NCBI GenBank assembly: GCA_949297145.1
Contig: CASFQO010000012.1
Span: 67,401 to 131,400 of the forward strand
DNA from: an uncultured Alphaproteobacteria bacterium
GTDB taxonomy: Bacteria; Pseudomonadota; Alphaproteobacteria; RF32; CAG-239
Direction of reading: 5' to 3'
DNA: 64,000 bases
In this document: positions 12,575-22,213 of the stretch, piece by piece
How positions within the stretch are numbered: the first letter of the stretch is position 1
How the letters are laid out: the number at the start of each line of letters is the position of its first letter
Program-made: the position numbers and the translations under genes
The notes under the pieces: model-generated
What the model was told of the DNA's origin: nothing
Seen by the model: only the letters and a program-made list of their open reading frames with translations
Database searches by the model: none

Positions 12575-14257
12575 TCAAAATAAACTGGGATTTTTATCTT
12601 TGTTTACCAATACTTCTGCCGCTGCACGCGCTTCCTTAGTGATTTTTTCACCTGCAAGCATGCGGGCTATTTCTTCAATTTTTCCGGAAGAATCTAATTT
12701 TTTCAGACTAGTGGTCGTTTGATTATCTATCGTGTGCTTTTCTACCTTAAAATGTTCATTGCTAAAGGCTGCCACTTGAGGAGAATGGGTTACAACCATT
12801 ACCTGGACTTTTTCTCCCAGTCTTGCTAAGCGCTCTCCAACAGCTTCTGCTGTCGCTCCCCCTATTCCTGTATCTATTTCATCAAATATAAGTGTTTCTT
12901 GGCTGGAATTTTGTGCCAAATTTACTTTTAAGGCCAGCATAAATCTGGATAATTCTCCTCCAGAAGCTATTTTATTCAATGCTCCCATGGGGGTGTTGGG
13001 GTTTGTTGATACTTCAAAGCAGACTGTATCCCATCCTTTTTCTGACCATTGTGTCTCCTCTTTTGGTGTGATTACTGTTTTAAATACAGCTTTTTCCATT
13101 TTGAGAGGCGGGAGTTCTTTCATGATATTTTTATCTAGTTTTTGTGCTGTTTCTTGTCTTTTTATACTCAACTTTTGTGCCGATGAAATATACTTTTCTT
13201 TTAGTTTCTTTACTTCTTCGCGCATTTCATTCAAATTATCTTCACCGCTTTGCAACGAGTGCAGTGCCGCTGATAATTCATCTAATTTTTCTGGCAATAG
13301 CTCTATTTCTGTTTGATGTTTTTTGGCAACGCTCCGCAATGCAAAAAGTCTTGTTTCTATGTCATCTATTTCACTTTGATTAAGACTTATGTCTGCAGAA
13401 CTTGCTTCAATACGTTCCACCGCGTCATTCAAGCTATACAGCGCTGTTTCTATGTTCTGCTCAATATCCGCATACTTACCATTTACTATCTCGTTTGCTC
13501 GCGATATGGCATTTTGCGCTTTTGATATTTGATCCAATACTGAATTTCCGCCATTTAGATATGAATAAGCTGCGTTTAATTTTTCTATTATCTTTTCTGC
13601 GTTCATCAATTCGCTGCGGCGATTGCGCAGAATTTCTTCTTCTCCTTTCTTGGGAGCAAGCTTTTCCAGCTCTTGAACCCAGTGTTTTAGATTATCCTCA
13701 TCTTCTTTGGCTTTATTTAGTTGAGCCTCCTTTTCTTTTAATTTTTTAGAAGCTTCCTTGTAATTTATAAAATCTTCTTTTGTGGTCTGAAGTTCTTTTT
13801 CATATTTTCCATAGCTATCTAATATATCACAATGCGTTGCAGGGTTTAATAGTCCTTGATTGTCATGTTGACCATGTATTTCTATTAAATTTTGACTTAG
13901 TTCTCTTAATAGTTTTAGCGTGATTATTTGGTCATTAAACAATATTTTGCCTTTTCCCTCCGCTGTGATGGTTCTTTTGATGATTATATCGCCATCTATC
14001 TCTAAATCATAGTCTTTGGCGATTTCATAAATCTTATTATTGGGTTGTACTTCAAAAATGCCCGTAACGGATAATTTATCTGTTCCGCTGCGTACTAATG
14101 ATGCTTCTGAGCGATTTCCCAGTAATAATCCCAGAGAATCCAGCAAAATTGATTTACCTGCGCCGGTTTCACCACTCAAAACCGTTAGTCCTTCTTTAAA
14201 ATCTATGTCTAAGCTATCTATTAAAACGACATTTCTTATTGATAAGGTTTTGAGCAT
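12575..14257 (-). CDS. recN: DNA repair protein RecN
   Basis: Walker A GETGAGKSILLD, a long central coiled coil, and C-terminal SGGELSRFMLAL and LIFDEIDTGIGG. Confidence 0.95.
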   Translation of the reverse strand: MLKTLSIRNVVLIDSLDIDFKEGLTVLSGETGAGKSILLDSLGLLLGNRSEASLVRSGTDKLSVTGIFEVQPNNKIYEIAKDYDLEIDGDIIIKRTITAEGKGKILFNDQIITLKLLRELSQNLIEIHGQHDNQGLLNPATHCDILDSYGKYEKELQTTKEDFINYKEASKKLKEKEAQLNKAKEDEDNLKHWVQELEKLAPKKGEEEILRNRRSELMNAEKIIEKLNAAYSYLNGGNSVLDQISKAQNAISRANEIVNGKYADIEQNIETALYSLNDAVERIEASSADISLNQSEIDDIETRLFALRSVAKKHQTEIELLPEKLDELSAALHSLQSGEDNLNEMREEVKKLKEKYISSAQKLSIKRQETAQKLDKNIMKELPPLKMEKAVFKTVITPKEETQWSEKGWDTVCFEVSTNPNTPMGALNKIASGGELSRFMLALKVNLAQNSSQETLIFDEIDTGIGGATAEAVGERLARLGEKVQVMVVTHSPQVAAFSNEHFKVEKHTIDNQTTTSLKKLDSSGKIEEIARMLAGEKITKEARAAAEVLVNKDKNPSLF

Positions 14258-14266
14258 TGTTTGATA

Positions 14267-15019
14267 TTAGTCCTTTGATACTAATTTTGAAGCCATCTTT
14301 GACCATTTACTATCAGGATAATTGCGGCGCAAGATTGCTTCTTTTTTCGTCGCTTCATCATCCAAGCCTAGCAATGTGTATATTTCTACTTCTCTATACA
14401 AAGCTTCTTCTATTTGACTAGTTGTTTGGTAAACATCTGTTACAGTTGAAAATCTATTGAGTGCGGAAATATATTCTTTATTTTCTAAGTAATACCGACC
14501 AACACTCATTTCGTGTCCAGCTAAGTGATCTTCTATTAAAGCCATTTTTGCTTTTGCATCTTTGGCATATTCGCTATCAGGAAACATAGCTATAACTTGC
14601 GAAAATGTTTCATAGGCGTCTTTTGTTGAGGATTGTTCTTTTTCTGACGGCGCTATTTGATCATAATAGCAAACACCTTTTAGGTAAAATGCGTAGGCAA
14701 TATCTTTATTTCCCGGATGCAATCTGATAAATCTATCTAAAGCAGCGATTGCATCATCGTACTTTTCATCTTTATAATAGGCATAAGCACTCATCAATTT
14801 AGACTTTGTTGCCCATTTTGAGTATGGGTGCTCCATCTCTACTTTATCAAAAGTTTCTGCCGCTTTTTGATATGAGGTTTTGTTTAGATAGTCATAAGCT
14901 TCATTATACAAAGTTTCCGCACTTTTATCTTCGTCATTAATCGTTTCTTCTGTTTTTGTTGCGCACCCACCTATGAACACCAGTCCAATTATAGGCAAAA
15001 TATACAGAAACTTTCTCAT
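14267..15019 (-). CDS. bamD: outer membrane protein assembly factor BamD
   Basis: Lipobox FIGGCA and TPR-like helical repeats of the YfiO/BamD type. It sits in the alphaproteobacterial lpxC-bamD-recN gene order. Confidence 0.8.
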   Translation of the reverse strand: MRKFLYILPIIGLVFIGGCATKTEETINDEDKSAETLYNEAYDYLNKTSYQKAAETFDKVEMEHPYSKWATKSKLMSAYAYYKDEKYDDAIAALDRFIRLHPGNKDIAYAFYLKGVCYYDQIAPSEKEQSSTKDAYETFSQVIAMFPDSEYAKDAKAKMALIEDHLAGHEMSVGRYYLENKEYISALNRFSTVTDVYQTTSQIEEALYREVEIYTLLGLDDEATKKEAILRRNYPDSKWSKMASKLVSKD

Positions 15020-15030
15020 CTTTCCCTCTC

Positions 15031-15885
15031 TTACAAAATTTCATAATTATCAGTTGATGCAAACAACCGTTTCAATACTTCGTTATTATGATAGTGTCCG
15101 CTTTTATTAGCAACAACTTTTGCTAATATATAGTATCCGGATGTATATAAATCACCTATTGTATCCATTACTTTGTGATTAACACATTCATTTTGCAGAC
15201 GAAAGCCACCGGGATTTAATATTTTTTCTCCATCTAAAACCACCGCATTATCTAGAGACCCGCCTTTTATCAGGCCGATGGACTGCAGATAGTCTACTTG
15301 ATATTTTTCACAAAATGTCCGACATGGTGCTATTTCTTCAGCAAACGTCTCTTCTGTTATATCTTCATCAAAATGTTGATGTCCTACTATCTTTGAAGGA
15401 AATTCAATATCAAAGCAGATATGCAATTTATCTGCCGGATATAAGTGCACACTTCCGCCTTTTCCGTCTTCAAAAGTTATTTCTTTTTTGACTTTCAAAA
15501 ATTTTCGAGGAGCTTTTTGTTGCTCTAACTCTTCTTTTTGAAGGATTTTTAGAAACTCTTGCCCACTACCATCAAGAATCGGTATTTCCGGATTGTTTAT
15601 TTTAATAAGAGCATTGTCTATTCCCAAAATGTAAAACACAGACATTATATGTTCTATTGTACTCACAATATTTTGTTTATCTGTTCCCAAACAGGTGCAA
15701 TTACGTGTATCAACAACATAGCTATATAGAGCCGGAATTATTTTGGCATCTTTAATATCGGTTCTTTGAAAACGGATTCCATAATTTTCAGGAGCCGGAT
15801 TTATCTCTATCACCGAGGCGCAACCTGAATGTAATCCAATACCTTTAATTTCTATCGTTTTTTTTAGGGTGTGTTGATATTGCAT
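15031..15885 (-). CDS. lpxC: UDP-3-O-acyl-N-acetylglucosamine deacetylase
   Basis: The N-terminus TLKKTIEIKGIGLHSG and the active-site segment HKVMDTIGDLY are typical of LpxC. An AAGGAG RBS lies at 15892-15897 (rc). Confidence 0.95.
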   Translation of the reverse strand: MQYQHTLKKTIEIKGIGLHSGCASVIEINPAPENYGIRFQRTDIKDAKIIPALYSYVVDTRNCTCLGTDKQNIVSTIEHIMSVFYILGIDNALIKINNPEIPILDGSGQEFLKILQKEELEQQKAPRKFLKVKKEITFEDGKGGSVHLYPADKLHICFDIEFPSKIVGHQHFDEDITEETFAEEIAPCRTFCEKYQVDYLQSIGLIKGGSLDNAVVLDGEKILNPGGFRLQNECVNHKVMDTIGDLYTSGYYILAKVVANKSGHYHNNEVLKRLFASTDNYEIL

Positions 15886-15908
15886 ATGTTTCTCCTTCTA
15901 AAATTTTT

Positions 15909-16293
15909 AGGTGGTCTATAAGCCGAGTTCTGTTCTTATCATTTGCTTTACATATTGTAAAGATTCTAAGCGATAGCTATTCATCTAGACCAAATGTTGC
16001 CATTTGGTTCGAGCGACCTACCTCTGGAGCAGAGTGGAAACACTCCTTATAACGATTTGCATCGCCCTCCTAATTTGGTCTTGCGTCAAGCAGGGTTTAC
16101 CTTGCCAAAGTATATTGCTATCTTTGCGGTGAGCTCTTACCTCGCCTTTTCAACCTTACCAAAACCTGTTTGGCGGTAATTTTCTGTGGCACTTTCCCTT
16201 GGATTTCTCCAGCCGGACGTTATCCGGTACCTCGTTTCCATGACGCTCGGACTTTCCTCACCAAGTGCTCTTGGCGCAGCTATCCGACCACCT
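15909..16293 (-). ncRNA. rnpB: RNase P RNA, bacterial type A
   Basis: The reverse strand carries the universal RNase P RNA blocks: GAGGAAAGTCCGAGC (rc of 16245-16259), ACAGAAAA, GGTAAGAGCTCACC, CTAGATGAATAGCTATCG and ACAGAACTCGGCTTATAGACCACCT. The 5-prime AGGTGGTC pairs with the 3-prime GACCACCT (P1 helix). Ends are approximate, within about 5 nt. Confidence 0.9.
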
Positions 16294-16458
16294 CGTTTCT
16301 AGGCTTATCACACTTTATTATAAAATCAATATTTTTAAAGCTCTTTATAGAGGGTAAAAAAAATTTACCTTTTATTAACTTTTTACTTGTTTTGTTTAAA
16401 TTTTGTGTTATTTTGTCTACGAATCGATTTTAGGACTATTTTCTCGGAGTTTTCTTTA

Positions 16459-17079
16459 ATGACAAAAAATAATAAAAATATTTTAAGTTTATTTGTAGCA
16501 CTTGTAGTTACTTTTATAGCACTTCCTGCATTTGCTGAGTGTGATGGCTTCTATATAGCCGGTCGTGCAGGTTTTGCTAAGTATGAAATTGAAGATGATA
16601 GAAGCGGAGTCACCCAAAATATTTCTGACTACGTCGTTGATAAAAAAAGATTTATTGCTAGTGGTGCTCTCGGATATAGGTATGAGCATTTTAGAGCGGA
16701 AGTAGAATATGTGTGGAGAGACAAAAACAGTGGCAGTTTATCCGACTTTGCAGATGCAAAGTTCAGATCCCGCTCTTATATGTTTGTGGTCTATTATGAC
16801 TTTTTCCCATATTCTTGGTTTACTCCTTTTGTTAATGCCGGTATTGGTTGGTCTGACCATAAACTTACTATTGATAACAGGCTTGCTCCCAAATATGAAA
16901 AAATTGATAAAACAAACTTCACTTGGTCTTTAGGTGCAGGTATTTCTGCTAAAATTACTAATAGATGGAATCTTGATGTTGGCTATCGTTATTATGACAT
17001 GGGTAGCTTGGACGCCCATAACGGCGACACAAGCGTTACAGACCAAGAGGTTTATGTTGGTTTGAGATATGTTTTGTAA
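16459..17079 (+). CDS. outer-membrane beta-barrel protein (Omp25/Omp31/OmpA-like barrel family)
   Basis: ATG 16459 follows GGAG, and the signal peptide ends ALPAFA. Amphipathic beta strands with aromatic residues (GYRYEHFRAEVEY, GYRYYDMG, VYVGLRYV) resemble small OM barrels. Confidence 0.65.
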   Translation: MTKNNKNILSLFVALVVTFIALPAFAECDGFYIAGRAGFAKYEIEDDRSGVTQNISDYVVDKKRFIASGALGYRYEHFRAEVEYVWRDKNSGSLSDFADAKFRSRSYMFVVYYDFFPYSWFTPFVNAGIGWSDHKLTIDNRLAPKYEKIDKTNFTWSLGAGISAKITNRWNLDVGYRYYDMGSLDAHNGDTSVTDQEVYVGLRYVL

Positions 17080-17124
17080 ATCAATTGTATTTTAACATTT
17101 TTCATAACGTAAATATTTCTTGAA

Positions 17125-17166
17125 ATAAGTATCCCTGAGCTTTATCCTTAGGGATATTTATTTTTA
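17125..17166 (+). terminator. rho-independent terminator after the OM barrel gene
   Basis: Imperfect hairpin TAAGTATCCCTGAG / CTTAGGGATATTTA (two mismatches, 7-nt loop) followed by TTTTT. It lies 45 nt after the stop codon. Confidence 0.6.
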
Positions 17167-17180
17167 TAGAGGAGTTTTCT

Positions 17181-18536
17181 ATGAGTAACAAATTGTTTGG
17201 AACAGATGGCGTTAGAGGCGTTGCTAATATATTTCCAATGACTGCTGAATTTGCACTGAAGTTAGCTAGAATTTTAGGCAAAACAACTTGCCTTACACAT
17301 AAAAAAGTTGCTATTGGTAAAGATACCAGAGCTTCGGGTGATATGTTAGAGGCTGCTTTGAGTGCTGGATTTATGTCTTGTGGCATTTCTGTTATTTCTC
17401 TCGGGGTTGTTCCTACACCCCTTGTTACTCTTAAAACGCCTCAACTTGGTGTTGATATGGCCTTGATGATTACCGCATCTCATAACCCTTATCAAGACAA
17501 CGGTATCAAGCTTATCAATGCTAACGGAGATAAATTTCCGGATGATTTTTATGCTCAAATTGAGCAACTTCTTGCTGACGAATCCGAATCTAATATGCAA
17601 AATCAGACGGCTTCTGTTGGCGTTTTGCAAAAAAATGATGATATTGTCGAGCAGTACATTGGTGATATGCGACAAATCGCTCCTAATTATAAGGCATTAC
17701 AGGGGCTTCGGGTTGTCTTAGATTGCGCAAATGGCGCTTATTCTTATATTCTTCCGCAGACTTTTAAAGATTTAGGGGCTGGCGTCATTGCTATTAATAA
17801 CCAGCCTAATGGTTTTAATATCAACGAAAATTGCGGTTCACAGCATACAGAAGGCTTATCTCATATGGTTGTGGATACGCATGCTCATTTTGGCGTTGCT
17901 GTGGATGGCGACGGTGATAGAATTATTCTCGTGGATGATAAAGGTAATATTATTGATGGCGATCAATTGCTTTGCTTTTTGGCGCTTTATTTGAAAAAGC
18001 ACAACCAACTTACTAATAATACCGTTGTTAGTACGGAATGGTCTAATTTGGGTTTAGGTCAATATCTTACTGCTCATGATTTTCTTTATTTTAAGAGCAA
18101 AGTCGGAGAAAGATATGTTATTGATTTGATGAAAGAAAAATCAGCCGTCCTTGGCGGAGAAGTTGTTGGGCATATTGTTTTATCCCAATACGCCAAGACA
18201 GGTGATGCTTTAGCGACAGCTATAATGATTGCTTTGGCTTATCTTGAAGAGAAAAAGCCGCTTAGTGAAATCTTTCCGATTTTTACCCCGTTCCCTTGTC
18301 TTATTGAAAACATTCGTTTTTCAAACGCTCAATATATGTCTGACAGTGTTGAACATGATGATGTTAAAAAGGCACTCATAGAGTGTAAACAGCTACTTGG
18401 TGAGCCAAGTACACTTATTGCAAGGAAATCCGGTACGGAACCGGTTATAAAATTACGCGTAGAAGGACAAGATGCAGATATTGTTCAGCAAGTTGCCCGA
18501 CGTTTGAAACAACTTATTTCTCAGTACCAAAAGTAA
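17181..18536 (+). CDS. glmM: phosphoglucosamine mutase
   Basis: RBS GAGGAG. N-terminus LFGTDGVRG, phosphoserine loop TASHNPYQDNGIK and metal site VAVDGDGDR. Confidence 0.95.
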   Translation: MSNKLFGTDGVRGVANIFPMTAEFALKLARILGKTTCLTHKKVAIGKDTRASGDMLEAALSAGFMSCGISVISLGVVPTPLVTLKTPQLGVDMALMITASHNPYQDNGIKLINANGDKFPDDFYAQIEQLLADESESNMQNQTASVGVLQKNDDIVEQYIGDMRQIAPNYKALQGLRVVLDCANGAYSYILPQTFKDLGAGVIAINNQPNGFNINENCGSQHTEGLSHMVVDTHAHFGVAVDGDGDRIILVDDKGNIIDGDQLLCFLALYLKKHNQLTNNTVVSTEWSNLGLGQYLTAHDFLYFKSKVGERYVIDLMKEKSAVLGGEVVGHIVLSQYAKTGDALATAIMIALAYLEEKKPLSEIFPIFTPFPCLIENIRFSNAQYMSDSVEHDDVKKALIECKQLLGEPSTLIARKSGTEPVIKLRVEGQDADIVQQVARRLKQLISQYQK

Positions 18537-18539
18537 TTA

Positions 18540-18562
18540 AAAGGAGCCTTAAAGGCTCCTTT
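18540..18562. terminator. bidirectional hairpin terminator between glmM and the TPR gene
   Basis: A perfect 9-10 bp stem AAGGAGCCT / AGGCTCCTT with a 3-nt loop. It lies 4 nt after the glmM stop and 3 nt after the convergent TPR gene stop, with T-rich flanks. Confidence 0.65.
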
Positions 18563-18564
18563 CT

Positions 18565-20385
18565 TTATTCTGTTATGTTATTAAGACTATGCAAAGTCTC
18601 TCTTATTTTTGCATCTTTTATAGTTAGACTCGGTGTCTTTCTTAAACCGTTCTCTATTTTGCTTTTAACCTTTTTAACATTCAATTCTTCTTGATCGTCT
18701 TTTTGGGTTAGTGCTTGTTTCCACAAAAATACTGCTTCATTTTTTCTTCCGCCGTACCAATAGGCATCCCCTAAGTGATCGCTGATAATTGCATTTTGCG
18801 GATTTAATTCAGATGCTTTTTCCAAATATATAATGGCATTATCGTAATCGCCGGTTTTGAAATAAACCCAACCGAGACTGTCCATAATAATCCCATCATT
18901 CGGGTCTTTTTCATATGCCTCCAGAATCATTGCTGCCGCATTATCTGTGTTGGTATTGTATTTTAGCCAACTATAGCCCAAATAATTTAAAACTTGAGGA
19001 TGGCGATTGCTTAACTTCAAGGCTTTTTTCAAGCTTTCTTCCGCTTTGTTCCATTCATTGTTGCGGTCATAAGAAACAGCTAAAGCATAATAAACAGGCC
19101 AATATTTTTCACTTTCGTAAAAAATTGATTGCAAGGCTTCATTATAGTATTTTATCGCTTCTGGTTGATTATCGCTAATACGCAATATATCGCCTAAATT
19201 GAAGAGTATTTGAAAATTATTCGGATTATCTCTAAGCAATTTTTTCAGCACTTTAGTTGCTTCTTTATATTTCTTTTCTGCGGCTAAATTATTTGCTTTT
19301 CTCATTTGAGCTGGATAATACATCTCTGATGTTTCATTGATAGCATCATAATATTTATTTGCTTCTTTAAGCATCTGGCGTTCTTCAAAAATATCCGCCA
19401 TGGCAATCTTGGTTATATCATTGTCCGGATTAAAATATTCCGACATGGCCATATATATCTGGGCATAGTCATATCCAACCGGTATTGATTTGAACAATAA
19501 AGCTATTTCTAGGAATACCTCACCGGCTCCTTTGCTGGCTGTGTCTATCAGTTTTGGTGTTTTAGAATCGCCATTTTCCACTTTATTTTTTAAACAGGTC
19601 AGCATTTCTTTTAGATTTGCTGAGCCATAATATTTGGTCACAAGTTTTACAGCTTTTTCTTTTTCACCGGTTCTTACATAAAAATTGGATATAATTTGCA
19701 ATGCACGAAAAGACATATCGCTTGCTTTATCATTGATTATAAATGAATAATATTTATCAGCATCTTCGTCTTTATCAAAATATTCTGCTATCAGACCTCT
19801 ATGCAGGCTATATACCGTTTTCATATCTTCTTCTTTTGATATCTTATCCAGCTCTTTTGTGGCCTCCTCATAATTATTTTCTCCGACATAGCTCCACGCA
19901 TTAAAAAGAGGTGTAATCAATTTGCGGTATGTTTTTTCTTGAATATTGTTCATTTCCGCTCGAGCAAATTTATAATTTTCGTGCTTAAAGAGTTTTACCG
20001 CATTGATAATGTCTATAAAATTATTTTTATCTCCATTTTGGCGGGCAATATTGGCATATTTTGCCGCTTCATCTATTTTTCCTTGTGACGCTAAAATGAT
20101 ATATGTTTTGCCTAAAATATCTTTATTAACCATTCCTTTTTCAATGGTTTTTACATAGTATCGCGCCGCATTGTCATAATCTTGGCGCAAATGTGCTACT
20201 CTACCGGCTAGATAATTGCCATAGGCTGTTTCTTTTCTCTGCAAGTAAACTATTTCTTGTGAATACTCAGGCACACTAATAAAATTTCCCGTACAAGAAT
20301 TAAATAAACCTATTCCGCTTAGAAGGGTGATAATGTAGCTTGCTTTTAACATTTCCTTTAATTTTCCTGTTGATTGCTTAAACAT
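18565..20385 (-). CDS. TPR-repeat lipoprotein
   Basis: The 606-aa ORF has the lipobox LFNSC and many 34-residue TPR-like repeats (AxxYYxxAL, GDYDNAIIYLEKA patterns). Confidence 0.65.
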   Translation of the reverse strand: MFKQSTGKLKEMLKASYIITLLSGIGLFNSCTGNFISVPEYSQEIVYLQRKETAYGNYLAGRVAHLRQDYDNAARYYVKTIEKGMVNKDILGKTYIILASQGKIDEAAKYANIARQNGDKNNFIDIINAVKLFKHENYKFARAEMNNIQEKTYRKLITPLFNAWSYVGENNYEEATKELDKISKEEDMKTVYSLHRGLIAEYFDKDEDADKYYSFIINDKASDMSFRALQIISNFYVRTGEKEKAVKLVTKYYGSANLKEMLTCLKNKVENGDSKTPKLIDTASKGAGEVFLEIALLFKSIPVGYDYAQIYMAMSEYFNPDNDITKIAMADIFEERQMLKEANKYYDAINETSEMYYPAQMRKANNLAAEKKYKEATKVLKKLLRDNPNNFQILFNLGDILRISDNQPEAIKYYNEALQSIFYESEKYWPVYYALAVSYDRNNEWNKAEESLKKALKLSNRHPQVLNYLGYSWLKYNTNTDNAAAMILEAYEKDPNDGIIMDSLGWVYFKTGDYDNAIIYLEKASELNPQNAIISDHLGDAYWYGGRKNEAVFLWKQALTQKDDQEELNVKKVKSKIENGLRKTPSLTIKDAKIRETLHSLNNITE

Positions 20386-20485
20386 TTTATCATTTTACTC
20401 TTAACTTTAAACCAAAATTATTATATTTGTGTAAATAATTGCTTTATATTGCAATAAAAAGTGTCTTATATATAATCTGGTTGTG

Positions 20486-21310
20486 ATGGATAAACAAATT
20501 AACATAAAAGAAACACTTGATTGGTATATCTGGGCGGGCGTTACAGAAACTTGCGCAGATAGCGTTTGTTTATGCAAAGAACCGGAAAATATTCATTCTG
20601 TTGTTGCCGATAAAAAGGATCCTCGTTCTGAAGCACCTTTAGTTAAAGTTGTCTCTCCGGAAGTTTCTCCGGCTAAAACAACTCTTAACACCGCTTCTTT
20701 TGATAATATTGCAAAAAATGCTCGTGAGCTATGCGCTAAGGCAAACTCTCTTGAGGAATTAAAGAATTTAGTTCAACAATTTGACGGTTGTAATTTGAAA
20801 AAGACTGCGGCCTCTACCGTTTTTGGTGATGGCTCCGCTCAGGCTAGACTTGTTCTTATTGGAGAAGCTCCCGGAGCTGATGAAGATAGAATCGGTTCTC
20901 CTTTTGTTGGAAAATGCGGTAAATTGCTGGATAAAATGCTTGCGGCTATTCATATAAATAGGGCCGATTGCTATATCACAAATGTTTTGCCATGGAGACC
21001 ACCGGGAAACAGAACCCCTACTGATGAAGAAATTGCTATATGCCTGCCTTTCTTAAAGCGGCAAATAGAATTGATTCAGCCAGACTTTTTACTTTTGCTT
21101 GGGGGAATTGCTCTTAAAAGTTTGTTAGATATGCCTGATTCCATTTCCAGAACACGCGGAAAATGGTTAGAATATGTTATTGATGAACAAAAGACCGCCC
21201 AGGTATTGGCAACTTATCACCCATCTTATTTATTGCGTTCTCCGGCTCAAAAGGCAAAGGTCTGGAGTGATTTATTGCGTTTACAGAAAAAAATGAACAA
21301 TGATGAGTGA
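20486..21310 (+). CDS. uracil-DNA glycosylase, family 4, with N-terminal extension
   Basis: Family-4 UDG motifs GEAPGADED and HPSYLLR lie in the C-terminal ~180 aa, preceded by a ~90-aa N-terminal extension. The start is either GTG 20483 or ATG 20486. Confidence 0.85.
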   Translation: MDKQINIKETLDWYIWAGVTETCADSVCLCKEPENIHSVVADKKDPRSEAPLVKVVSPEVSPAKTTLNTASFDNIAKNARELCAKANSLEELKNLVQQFDGCNLKKTAASTVFGDGSAQARLVLIGEAPGADEDRIGSPFVGKCGKLLDKMLAAIHINRADCYITNVLPWRPPGNRTPTDEEIAICLPFLKRQIELIQPDFLLLLGGIALKSLLDMPDSISRTRGKWLEYVIDEQKTAQVLATYHPSYLLRSPAQKAKVWSDLLRLQKKMNNDE

Positions 21311-21398
21311 TTTTTGTGTATTTTTATTTTAATTAATAAAAATTAAACATTCTTTTGTTTATGATACACGCAAGACATAAGAATTTATGAGGTTTGAA

Positions 21399-22163
21399 AT
21401 GAAAAAATCGATGAAATTGGTAGCTGCTTTCCTTTTAGGCGTGGCTTTTATTCTTCCAACAGCTTCTTTTGCCGCAGAAAATGCTGCAAAGCCTAAGACT
21501 GCTGCAAAAAAAACAGCAGAGCCGACAACTCGTCCGGATGCGGTTATTTTTAAAATTCACGATATTGATCCTGTTTTGGAGGATGGTGTTGTTAAAGGGT
21601 GCAACTATATGATTACACTCTATAACAGAACCTCTATTAACTTCCGTACTTTTACCATTAACCTTTCTTGGCCGGATACCGTTGATGAACGTTTTAAGTT
21701 TGACCGCTATGTAGAATCTCTCTTGGGGGTTGAAGAGGCAGACAAGCAACGCTCTTTGTTTGCTAAAGAAGAGCCATCCAAGCCTGTTCAAACTTCTGTT
21801 ACGGTTAACGCCTTTGGTGCAGATAAACAAATCTCTTTGCGTTCTTATATGGATAATGAAAAATGCTACTTAATGTTATCTGATGCTCAATACACCGTTT
21901 CTCCTTGTGATATTGCTCGGAGTATGGATACTGTCGGGAGTTTTGGTGTAAGTGCCGAACAAAGCAATTGTACAGATCTCTTCCAGTTTGTAAGTACAAA
22001 GAATCCTGAATATTTTGGCGAGTTTAAGCGTATCTCTGCTACAGAAGAGGCTGCTGCCAGCGAATCTGAAGAGAGCCGTGAATTATCTGACATTGACATT
22101 ATTATCGGTAAAATTGTTGAAAATATGGGCACGTCAGATAAGACTTTGACGAATATGTACTAA
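21399..22163 (+). CDS. secreted hypothetical protein (four Cys)
   Basis: Signal peptide MKKSMKLVAAFLLGVAFILPTASFA. No recognised family. The gene ends at a clean terminator. Confidence 0.5.
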   Translation: MKKSMKLVAAFLLGVAFILPTASFAAENAAKPKTAAKKTAEPTTRPDAVIFKIHDIDPVLEDGVVKGCNYMITLYNRTSINFRTFTINLSWPDTVDERFKFDRYVESLLGVEEADKQRSLFAKEEPSKPVQTSVTVNAFGADKQISLRSYMDNEKCYLMLSDAQYTVSPCDIARSMDTVGSFGVSAEQSNCTDLFQFVSTKNPEYFGEFKRISATEEAAASESEESRELSDIDIIIGKIVENMGTSDKTLTNMY

Positions 22164-22169
22164 AACTAT

Positions 22170-22196
22170 AAGCCGAATTTTTGTTCGGCTTTTTTG
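22170..22196 (+). terminator. rho-independent terminator
   Basis: Stem AAGCCGAA / TTCGGCTT with a 6-nt loop, followed by TTTT. Confidence 0.7.
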
Positions 22197-22213
22197 TGAT
22201 ACTTTAGGGAGAA

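Noticed and set aside
12987-13749. A cluster of four plus-strand ORFs (70-115 aa) lies inside recN, with similar antisense ORFs inside tgt (10848..11312), the LOG gene (11622..12119), anmK (44600..45055), cca (52838..53218) and mnmE (59795..60226).
   Set aside because: All are antisense to strongly conserved, motif-bearing genes. They have no RBS and no recognisable domains, as expected by chance in AT-rich DNA where the opposite strand of a coding frame is depleted in stops.
15994-16433. ORFs 15994..16179 and 16170..16433 lie on the plus strand.
   Set aside because: They are antisense to, or overlap, the clearly recognisable RNase P RNA and its upstream region. There is no RBS and the translations are implausible.
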